DNA of 63,612 nucleotides, counting the filler. It is 10 parts of 10 records of this genome, joined end to end, with 100 filler letters (N's around TTAATTAATTAA, not from the genome) between each part and the next. Parts side by side here need not be neighbours in the genome. Positions count along the whole stretch, not along the records: positions 1 to 18,792 come from SRR7504441_12413; positions 18,893 to 22,683 come from SRR7504441_12459; 8 more parts are not named here. One strand, given 5' to 3'. The notes under the pieces were generated by a model. That model was not told the origin of the DNA. It made no database searches and saw only the letters and a program-made list of their open reading frames with translations. Below are positions 13,695 to 22,783 of the stretch, piece by piece (the stretch's first letter is position 1; each line of letters begins with the position of its first letter). A program made the position numbers and the translations under genes.

Positions 13695-14354
13695 TCACAT
13701 CTGTGCGTCTGCCAGCGCATGCCTGAACTCGAGTAGCGAGATCTCCCCGTCGTGGTCCTCGTCTATTCTAGCCATCACCTGCCCGACCGGTCGGACCGGA
13801 CCGCCAGCCTGGCTCACCGCTCGCCACTCGGCCTGCTTCTCGCCCAGCATTCCCCGGAGCAGCTGCTTGCGCTTGCCTGTCATCGCTTTGTGGAACTCGC
13901 CGGTGGAAATCTGGCCGTCCTTGTCCAAGTCGATCGCCTCAAACAGCGCGCCCACAGGGTCCGGGCCCGAATAGAAAGCCAGCAGCTCGCTCTCCGGCAC
14001 CGGGTCCTCCGGCTTCGGCAACGGCTCGATCGGCACACCTTTCTCCATAGCGTACGCCTCCCACTCCTCCGGATACAGCGAGGGCGGTCCCGGCGGCCCG
14101 ACCAGCGGCCGGCCGTTCCATTGGAGGGTGCAGCCCTCGGTAAGGCCCGTTTCGGCCACCGTTTTGAACCAATCCAGCGCCTTGCCTGCGGCCGGCGGTC
14201 AAGCCAGCACGGCCCGCGGGCCACCGGCGAAGATGGGCGCGCAGGTGCACATGGCGCGCATCGGGCTCCGGGCAATGACGGCGTCGATCGTGTCCGTCGG
14301 CGCCACCTCGAGCTCGTGCCTGTCGCCGGTTATATCGCAGTAGACGATCTTCAT
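13695..14354 (-). CDS. Ubiquitin-like domain plus EF-hand pair protein
   Basis: MKIVYCDITGDRHELEVAPTDTI...IFAG|KAL...GLTEGCTL resembles a ubiquitin fold; EF loops DLDKDGQISTGE and DEDHDGEISLLE; two 39-nt GT-AG introns. Confidence 0.75.
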
Positions 14355-14401
14355 GATGCGAGGTGAGGCGGCTGCGCGCTGCTGCAACGGCACTGCAAGA
14401 G

Positions 14402-15925
14402 ATGCCCGATGAGGCCAAGCCCCGGCTGGTGGTGCGGGAGAGCGGTCCGGCGGCGCTGCGGGCCAACATCGGGGCGTGTGTCGGGCTGGCGGAGGTGCTC
14501 TCTGGCACGCTCGGGCCGCACGGGTCGGACAAGCTGCTCCGGGACGACAACGGGGACACGCTGGTCACCAACGACGGGGCGACCATCCTGGAGGCCCTCC
14601 GGATAGAGCACCCGGCCGGCCGGCTGATGACCCAGCTGGCCCTGGCCCAGGACCGGACCGTGGGCGACGGGACCACCAGCGTGGTGCTCATCGCGGCCGA
14701 GCTGCTCCGCGGGGCCGAAAAGTACCTCCGGAGCGGCGGGGCGCCCATCCAGCTCGCGCGCGGGCTGACCCGGGCCTGCGCGCTGGCGGTCGGCTGGGTG
14801 GACCAGCTGGCGGTGCCCGTCGGGTCGTTGGCTCAGGTGGCGGCCACCAGCTGTCGCTCAAAGGTGGTGGACACCGCCGCCGACCGGTTCGCCGAGCTGG
14901 TGGCGATGGCCGTGGAGACGCTGCCGGCCACAGCGGGGCCGGCCGACGTGGCAGTCGTTAAGCGGCTGGGCGGCACTCTGGCACAGTCGGAGCTGGTGCC
15001 GGCCGGGGTGCTCATAGAGCGCCCGGCCTCGCCTGGAGGCCCAGAGAAGCTCGAGGACGCGCGCGTGCTAGTATGCCATGCCGGGGCTGGCTCGGGCGCG
15101 GCGGTGTGGCAGCGAGTGCCACTGGCCGACCGGCCGCCCGAGCCCAACTTGGCTGAGCTACTCGAGCGGCTGGGCGCGACGGTGGTGGTTTGTCACGGCG
15201 GGCTCGGGTCAGCCGTTCCGGGTCTGGGCAAGGCCGGCGTGCTTTGCGTGGAGCATGCCGGGTGGGATGGCTGCCAGCTGGCGGCCCAGGCCACTGGGGC
15301 CAGCATGGTCCGCGACCTGGCCGCAGCGGACCGGTCGAGTCTTGGGTGGGCCGGGCAGGTGCGCGCAGTAGCAGTCGCCGGAGAGCGGATGGTCGAGTTG
15401 AGCCGGTGCAAAGCGCCCAGCCGCTGCTCGCTGGTGCTCCGGGCGCCCACCACCGACCTGCTGCACGAGTGTGGCCGAGCGGTGTTTGACGCTCTTAGCG
15501 TGGTGTGCGCTGCCAGACAGGACCGGACTGTGGTGCCAGCGGCCGGTGCAATCGAACTGGAACTGTCGGCCCGGCTGCGGCGGGAGGCGGTCGGGGTGCA
15601 CACGGCTGACCGGCACGGGCTGTGTATGCTCGCGGACGCGCTGGAGATGATACCAAGCGTTGTGGCTAGAAACGCTGGGCTGGATGCCCCTACGTTGGTG
15701 GCGCAAGCCGCGGCGCTGCACAGTTGTGGCGAGGCGAGCGAGGCAATCGGCGTGGACGTGCTGGAGGCGAGGGTGCGCGATGTGCTGCAGGAGGAGCCTG
15801 TGGTGGTGGCTCCGGCTCGATTGACCAAGTCTGTGCTCAAGCTGGCTTGCAGCGTAGCCAAACAGATCCTCAACATAGACGAGAACGTGCTGATGCCGCC
15901 CCGTGAAAACTTTGTGATCAAATAA
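14402..15925 (+). CDS. Divergent group II chaperonin, closest to CCT-beta (CCT2)
   Basis: LGPHGSDK, TNDGATIL, VGDGTTSVV, VEHAGWDG and CSLVLRAPT motifs; no intron needed. Confidence 0.85.
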   Translation: MPDEAKPRLVVRESGPAALRANIGACVGLAEVLSGTLGPHGSDKLLRDDNGDTLVTNDGATILEALRIEHPAGRLMTQLALAQDRTVGDGTTSVVLIAAELLRGAEKYLRSGGAPIQLARGLTRACALAVGWVDQLAVPVGSLAQVAATSCRSKVVDTAADRFAELVAMAVETLPATAGPADVAVVKRLGGTLAQSELVPAGVLIERPASPGGPEKLEDARVLVCHAGAGSGAAVWQRVPLADRPPEPNLAELLERLGATVVVCHGGLGSAVPGLGKAGVLCVEHAGWDGCQLAAQATGASMVRDLAAADRSSLGWAGQVRAVAVAGERMVELSRCKAPSRCSLVLRAPTTDLLHECGRAVFDALSVVCAARQDRTVVPAAGAIELELSARLRREAVGVHTADRHGLCMLADALEMIPSVVARNAGLDAPTLVAQAAALHSCGEASEAIGVDVLEARVRDVLQEEPVVVAPARLTKSVLKLACSVAKQILNIDENVLMPPRENFVIK

Positions 15926-16099
15926 ATGAAGCGTCCACTATAATCAGCCTTTAAGCGCGGAGCTGATGACTCGTAACTGCTTAACTACACGATTGTACGG
16001 TACTTGTACCGTAAGTACTTTAGGCACACAAGTGACACAGCTACTCATAAACCGTTATTAACTTGGGTTGCGCTTAATAGTTGGCTGCTTTGTTCCCCG

Positions 16100-17003
16100 C
16101 TAGATAAAAGTAATAAAACCCGAACAGCAAGACTCCGATCGTCATCCAGATCTTGCCTGCGCCCGAGTCAGCCTCGCAGAGCTGGCAGCCCACCATTATG
16201 CTCGGCGGCCAACTGCTTCCATTTCGCTAGCACCATCCTCATCTGCACACAGCAGTCAGCCTCGCTAGCCGAGCAACCCCACCGTGATTGGAGGCTTTCT
16301 GACATCCGAAGGCTTGAGATTCCGCGCACCATACACCGAGCCCTTGAGCTCATCCAGGGTGCACAGTTTGGCCTGTCTGTAGCACAGCCACCGGCGAGTT
16401 CGGGTATTGATCACGTTGCTCTCAAAATTGGTCCCTTGCTGTATCTGCGTCTTGAGCTCCTCCTCGTACTCCTGTCCTCGCCCGGTCCTGGCCGCCACCG
16501 CCCAGCCCACCTCCACTAGGCCGCTGCAAAACTGCTGCAGCGCCCGACCGACTCCGTCGTACTCCTCTTTCTGCCCACCGCTCCGGCCCAGCTCCAGCCC
16601 GCGCGGGCGCCTTTGAGGAGCCGAGCGTGTCCTCCAGCACGAATTTGCCCGCCGGCCGGATCCCGTTATCGCAGGCCTGCGCCCGGTCGGGGCCGGCTGG
16701 CCGGGGCGGCACCCGCTCGAGCACGTCTAAGGCCATCGTCTCACTCCCAATATACTTGAGCTTGCGCTTCTTGGCGTTGGACTGCATCCGGTGCCCGACT
16801 GGGATCGTCTCATCCCTTCCCCCCTCGGCTGCCCTCCGGTACCTGTCGCCCGCCCCCTGAGCCAGCTCGGCCCAGCCAGCGCACTCGTGCACGATCGCCC
16901 CGGCCACCTCCTTGCAGGCAGAGCACTTGAGCGCCTCGGGCAGCGGTTGGCTGGCCGCCAGGTATGCCTGCGCAAGGAAGAGCAGCAGCCTCCCAGCCAA
17001 CAT
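16100..17003 (-). CDS. Canopy/saposin-like secretory protein with C-terminal transmembrane helix
   Basis: Signal peptide, CSAC, GHRM...KYIGSE...LE..C, FCSGLVEEYEEE, WLC...KLC; six inferred introns; ends KIWMTIGVLLFGFYYFI*. Confidence 0.75.
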
Positions 17004-17109
17004 CGTTCGGTTCCGTTACGATTGAAGCTCGAGAAGCCACCGGGAGTGCGGTGAGAGAAGAGCTCGTTCGAAGCTAACCCTATTGTAACCCAATCGGCAG
17101 GGGAGATAC

Positions 17110-17310
17110 ATGGAAGGAGGCGAGGACCGCCAGTTTGCTGAAGTGCACCGGCAGCTGATCCAGGAGATCACAGAGACCACCGCCCGATCCGTCCAGGCCG
17201 TCCGCCAGCTCAACGCCAACCTGGCCGCCGCCCACGCCAACTCGCGCAAGATCACTCAGCTCTCCGAAGGCTGGGCCAACCTCCTCTCCCAGGGCGCCAA
17301 GCCCAACTGA
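17110..17310 (+). CDS. Small helical protein resembling DASH/Dam1 complex subunit Dad1/Dad4
   Basis: 66 aa; pattern F....RQLIQEI.......V..LN.NL.......I..LS..W..L matches Dad1/Dad4 size and spacing as recalled. Confidence 0.6.
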   Translation: MEGGEDRQFAEVHRQLIQEITETTARSVQAVRQLNANLAAAHANSRKITQLSEGWANLLSQGAKPN

Positions 17311-17313
17311 GCC

Positions 17314-18792
17314 ATGGACCGGCTGGAGTCGGCCCGGGTGCTCGAGACCGGAGCCGGCTGGGTCAAGCTCTCCACCAAGGGCGATTTCGACCATCGGATC
17401 GTCCGCCTGGCGCCCGACGGCCAGCGACTGCACTGGTTTGGCCAGTCCGGCGGGCCGACGCTCAAGTCGTCTGTGGCGGTGGAAGACATCCTGCAGGTGG
17501 TGGCAGACCCGAGCCCGCCCATCCGATGCTCCAAGCTCGGCCGGCTCAACGCCCAGTTCGCGCTGACGATCCGGACCCCCGAGCGGCCGCTCACGCTCTA
17601 CACGGCAGACGAGGAGCAGTTCGAGGAGTGGGCCGCCGCGCTGCGGGTGCTCCATGCCGACCGCGGGCAGCCACCGCAGCACGCGCTGGTGCCGGCGCAA
17701 GATGACTCTGACCCTGACGATCTCCCACCGCCGCTATCGCCGCTGCTCTCAGTCGGGCCGGAGGAGGAGGGCGGGCTGCATAGGCGGCTTGATCAGCTGG
17801 TGCAGGCCGCGGTCGCAATGCCGGGCGGGTCGGGGCAGCTCGTGCAGCAGCTTGGGAAGATCAGCGAGCTGTGTGCGTCTGCAGCTGGGATGGAGCTCAC
17901 TCAGGCCGGGCTGGTGCCTGGGCTCTCGCGGCTAGTGAACCGGCACTGCGCCGAGCCGCACAGCAGCGTGTGGATCCTGTCGGCGGTGCACGCGCTGTTG
18001 GGGCAAGCAGATGAGCAGGTGGTGGCCGAGCTGCTACAGCGCAGGCTGATCGAAGAGGTGCCCGGGTGCCCGGCCGCTGTCGAGCCGGGGGCAGGTGGTC
18101 CTTGCTTGCTGGGACGCCGCGCCAAAGGACACCACAGTGGCTACCTGGGTGGCTTGTGTGCTGGCCAGTTTGGCGGAGGCGGCGGCTCCGGAGATGGCGC
18201 CGGCGGTGCTGGTCGGATGCAGTGCAGGGTGGCTTGGACAGCTGGCGTCGGTGGTCGAGGACCAGGGGCTGGACCACTTGGAGGCTTTGCTCGAGATTGT
18301 GGCCGAGCAGCCGGAGGGCGCCGCCAGCCTAGTGTTTGACCATCGTGGGCTGCCGCTGCTGCTCCAGTTGCACCAAATCCAGCCTTCAGAGAGTCAGGCG
18401 GTCGTGCTGTATCATATAGTGAATGGCAGCCAGGCGTGCTTCGAGGCCGCCACCGGGAACGAGCAGCTCATGGAGTGACTGGCCGGGCCTGCGCAAGCTT
18501 ACCGGTCACCGTGCAGGCTAGCACTCCGTATGGCTCCGGATCACGAAGCGGCGCTGGCTGTGCTCGGCGTGGTTGTGGGCAGTGTGCAGCCCGAGCCGCT
18601 CAAAATGCTCTGCGGCCTTGGCGTGCAGGGTGCGCTCCCAGCCCGGCGCATGTGCGAGCCTGGGCCACAGATGTGCTCGTCCAGCTGCGAGAGTCGGGCC
18701 AGTACGCAGGCCACCCATGCTGGGACCCTGACGCGCTGCTAGGGATGATCCAGGCACCACACGCTGGGCGCTGGCCTGCTAGCTGGGGGGGA
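17314..18792 (+). CDS. PH-domain protein with ARM-like helical C-terminal region, 3'-truncated by contig end
   Basis: GWVKLST...HRIVRL...LHWF...FALTIRTPERPLTLYTADEEQFEEWAAALR; 37-nt intron from 18058 restores EE|VVLAC. Confidence 0.75.
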
Positions 18793-18892
18793 NNNNNNNN
18801 NNNNNNNNNNNNNNNNNNNNNNNNNNNNNNNNNNNNTTAATTAATTAANNNNNNNNNNNNNNNNNNNNNNNNNNNNNNNNNNNNNNNNNNNN
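18793..18892. other. Artificial contig spacer; also at 22684-22783, 27715-27814, 31835-31934, 36484-36583, 40065-40164, 46093-46192, 53377-53476, 56544-56643
   Basis: Identical 100-nt N-run/TTAATTAATTAA/N-run with stops in all six frames. Confidence 0.99.
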
Positions 18893-19449
18893 TGCAGGTG
18901 GGCCTATTCTTCCAAACGTACAGCGGCTGAGTACCGACGTGTAACTCGCCGGGACAAGATTATTAGTAACGTTCAAGACGACTGGTCAGGTCCAAGACAA
19001 ACATTTACTTGGCGTACTTGGGCGGCGGTTAGAGCTGTCTGAAGTGCACGATTACGTAACCCGACCTCGAATACATGTAGTGGTATGCGTCATACCACCC
19101 GCATTTTCTTGGGTTGATGCTCTCGTCGTATTCTAGTCGTAAGTTTTTATTAAAAATCCAAATAGTACACGTGTAAAGTACGTATAAAGTACAGTCACAG
19201 TACGGCTGTCGATTCTTAAAAAATTAATCGAGTCTTGATCATAAATTAGGTGCAGCCAAGGTACACGTATAGCTCTCTTGTTTATTCGACGTGATTATAT
19301 TGCAAACACTGTTCAATCGAACTTCAACTAAACTACTCTAAGTACGTATGTGCAACAACCAGTTCCTACGGCTTAAGCTTACCACGCACACACTGGTTAC
19401 CGTAGTAGGTTGGACATCAAGCCCTTGAACGCTACAGCTGTAGGCATGA

Positions 19450-21841
19450 TCACATTGCCGCGAGCACGGGGTAAGTGGTGAACACCTCTGAAGCAGCCAC
19501 GTCCCACATGGGCATCAGCTGCCACTCAGGAGCGTTCCTGACTGCATAGTGCAGCTTCTCTTTCCCGGACGGTACCAGCCAGTCCGACACGTTCAGCCCG
19601 ACAGGGAGCAACGCTACCGGGTCGGTCGCATTCATCGGCCCAACGCAGGCGAGCACCACTGGGCCGACTTGCACAGCGTACCGCCGGCCTTCATACCCCG
19701 GGATCTGATCGAAGCCAGTGTACGGTGCGAGGCGGTACGTTGTAGGCAAGCTGAACTGTATCGCGTCTCCGCTGGCCCACTCCCGCCGGATCTCAAGGTA
19801 CGTGCCGGGTTGGCCTGTCCTGGCCACAGGCTCGTTGGCCACTTGTATCGGTACGCTATGCTCGAGCCAACTCGGGATCCGGAGCAGCAAAGCAAACTCC
19901 AGCCCGGACTGGACAGCCGCGTGCTCAACAGTCAGATGGATACGATTGTCGAAAGGGAAGTCGGTGTCGGCTGTCAGCTGCACCGCTTGGTCCGTTGTGC
20001 GGCCGAGCTCGAGCATACGGCCCTGCACTAGGTACTGCTGGCAGCCAGCAAGCGCGACCGGCTTGGCACTCAGGTCTATCGCGGTGTAAAGCACGCAGGG
20101 GCTGCTGCTTCTGTTGACGAAGGTGAAGCCCATGCAAGTGAGCGGCTCACCCGACGCAAAACAGGCGGCCTGACACGCAGCCAGACTGTCCACGCTCGGG
20201 GGGGCTGGATTGATGCTCCCAACTGAAGACGGGTGGTACCCGTCTTCTACCAGCAACCGCGCAGTTAGCGGCGGCGGCGGCTGCGCCTGCGACACGTTGA
20301 ATGTAAAGCTCGACGCGGCGTATAGATTCACGTATACTCGGCTGCTATCAAGCCCGAGCCCTTGTGAGTAGATGTACTCGGGCAGGCTCCCGAAAACCCT
20401 GGTGCCTTGCCCTTCACAGCAGGTGTTGATGGAATTAGCACTCGGCTGCAGCCCTTCCATGACCGCATTGTACCGGATCCCGGGCCCAGCGCTGGCTGTC
20501 CGGCCTACCATCTGCCTGAGCAGAGCGTTGTAGATAGTCGTCTCGATCTCAGCCGTGTACTTCTCCTGCTCGGGAGAGAGCTGCTGGAATCTCTGGTTGA
20601 ACTTGACCCAAAACACCGAGCAGCAAGTCTCGCCTGTGCGGGTCCCGGGGCTGATCCTGTAGCTCTTGTACGGCCAGTCCGTCATGTTCGAATCATACGG
20701 GAAGATATACTTGTTCCGCTTCGGTGAGTTAAACACGCCGCCTTCGGTGAGCGACGAGCTTCCATCCACGTGCTCGAACCCGCCGTGGATCAGCTCCCAG
20801 GCCCCAGTGGCTGCCTCGAGCCAGGTTCGGTTGCCCGTGGCCCGAAATTGATCAAACATTGACAAGAAAGCCGTTATCGCGTAGCAATGCGGGTGATTAG
20901 CATTGTTGTCCCCGCCCTTGCGGCCAGCTGAGCTCGAGATCGAGGCCGGGTCCCGAGCGATCAGCCCGGCCATCCACACCTCATCACGGTACGCCGCCCT
21001 GGCCACGGACATGTCAGCAGCAGTCCCAACCGGCGTCTCCAGTGCTAGACGGGTTGAGGCGATCTGGCCTTGCTCGCCGTTGCCCACCCCATCGTACAGG
21101 TAGGGCAGGTACCTGCAGCAACGGAAATCAACGGAGGACTCGCGGCTGGCAGAACCAGTTCTTGCTTGGATCGTTGAACCAGTCGTACTGCGCTCTGAGC
21201 AGTGGCCACACCTTGTCGTTCCCGGCCTTGCCCGCCTCGATCAGGCCCTGCGTGAACCAGGACCGTGCTGCCCCGCCGGTATGGGGGTGACCCCCCCGGC
21301 GCCGCGCACCGTAGTCGCCCTGCTCGGAGTGCATGAACTGCTCGGGGGGGAAGGCCAAGATGTATCCAGTACTCTGGTTCTGGCAGTCGGCGATCCCGTC
21401 CACCAGCCCGTCCAGCCGGGCCCGCAGCCCCGGGTGCTCCAGCCAGCGCAGCGTGTTCCCAGCCCCCATCAGGAACCGGCCGGCGTTCGAGCCCTTCAGG
21501 TCTGTGTCCCAGAACTTCACCTGGGCCTGCCCGCCGGGCGGGGCGGGCCGGCCAGCCCGAAGCCGGAAGTAGTACAGCATGTGGTCCAGATCGAACGCGC
21601 TCAGCAGGTAATCCAGGTTGTCCAGCATCACCGGAAGCAGCAGCCGGTTGCTCGAGACGTTCACCCCTCCCGCGGGCGGCGCGGCGGCGAACCCCACGGC
21701 GGGCTCAAAGGGCAGCTCGGCGGACGGGGCGGGGCCATGGTCGTGCGGCTCGCAGTGCGCGCACGAGCTGTCGGCCCGGGCTGGGTGGCTCGCAGTGGCG
21801 CACAGTGCGACGACGGCGCACGCCAACCAGAGCGAACTCAT
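19450..21841 (-). CDS. Secreted GH127/GH146-like beta-L-arabinofuranosidase (DUF1680) with inserted PAN/apple-like module
   Basis: Signal peptide; ETCCSVFW, IETTIYNAL, NTCCEGQG, LRIPSW, WASGD; 42-nt and 43-nt introns join the two ORFs. Confidence 0.8.
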
Positions 21842-21898
21842 GCCGGCTGCGGGCTGCCTGTTGCGCTGCCAAGAGGCGCGCCGTCCGTTTCAGGTTGG

Positions 21899-22612
21899 AT
21901 GGCGAAGGCTTCGGTTGAGGATCGCGCGGCGAGCTGGGCCTCCGAAGGCGGCGAGGGCGGCAAGTCGCTGGGCAACGAGGACACGGCCGGCTTTTACGAT
22001 CGATTCGCGCGCGACTACGACGCCACGGTGGCCGCCTGGGGCTTTGAGATGCCAGGCCGGGATGTCAGGGCCCTGCTGGCCGCAGCACATGGGCGTAGCA
22101 TCTCGCCGGTGCTGGACTGCGCGTGCGGGACCGGACTGGTGGGCGAGGCGCTGGCAGAGCAGGGCGGCTTCGAGCGGCCGGTGGAGGCTGCCCGGGCTGC
22201 GGCGCCGGTGAACGGGCTGGAGCTAATAGGATGCGACATCTCGCAAGGCATGCTGGACAAGTGTGCGGCCACTGGCCGGTACCACGCGCTGTGGCGGCTC
22301 GACATGCACAAGGACAAGCTGGCCCGGCTGGAGGATGGGGTGCTTGGGGCGCTCATCTGCACCGGAGCGGCGTCGTACCTGGAGGTGTCCGTGGTGCTCC
22401 CGGAGTGGATCCGGGTGCTCCGGCCGGGCGGCTTGTTGGTCATGGACGCCAAGACGGCGTGCTGGGAAGTGTGGGAGGCCGGGATGAACGCGGCGGCCGG
22501 CCAGCTGCGGCGGGTTCAAGTGTCGGGGCCGGTCTCGTACCTGCCTGGTTATGACTCTGACTACGCGAGAGACGTTGAGCGGGCTAAGATTTACGTCCTG
22601 GAGAAGCTTTAG
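21899..22612 (+). CDS. Class I SAM-dependent methyltransferase (METTL27/WBSCR27-like)
   Basis: YDRFARDYD, VLDCACGTGLVG, GCDISQGML, RVLRPGG. Confidence 0.85.
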   Translation: MAKASVEDRAASWASEGGEGGKSLGNEDTAGFYDRFARDYDATVAAWGFEMPGRDVRALLAAAHGRSISPVLDCACGTGLVGEALAEQGGFERPVEAARAAAPVNGLELIGCDISQGMLDKCAATGRYHALWRLDMHKDKLARLEDGVLGALICTGAASYLEVSVVLPEWIRVLRPGGLLVMDAKTACWEVWEAGMNAAAGQLRRVQVSGPVSYLPGYDSDYARDVERAKIYVLEKL

Positions 22613-22783
22613 GCCAGCCAATGGCTAAACTCTGGCGATTGAGTCGCTGAGATAGCTACGTAAACACCCATTATTTTATTGACNNNNNNNNNNNNNNNNN
22701 NNNNNNNNNNNNNNNNNNNNNNNNNNNTTAATTAATTAANNNNNNNNNNNNNNNNNNNNNNNNNNNNNNNNNNNNNNNNNNNN

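Noticed and set aside
17308-17310. Selenocysteine reading of the in-frame TGA
   Set aside because: No redox motif context, the TGA is followed by a good GCCATGG start, and the 3' UTR where a SECIS would lie is beyond the contig end
19080-19098. Perfect hairpin GTGGTATG-CGT-CATACCAC in intergenic DNA
   Set aside because: Single short stem; no tRNA, snRNA or SL-RNA hallmarks recognised around it
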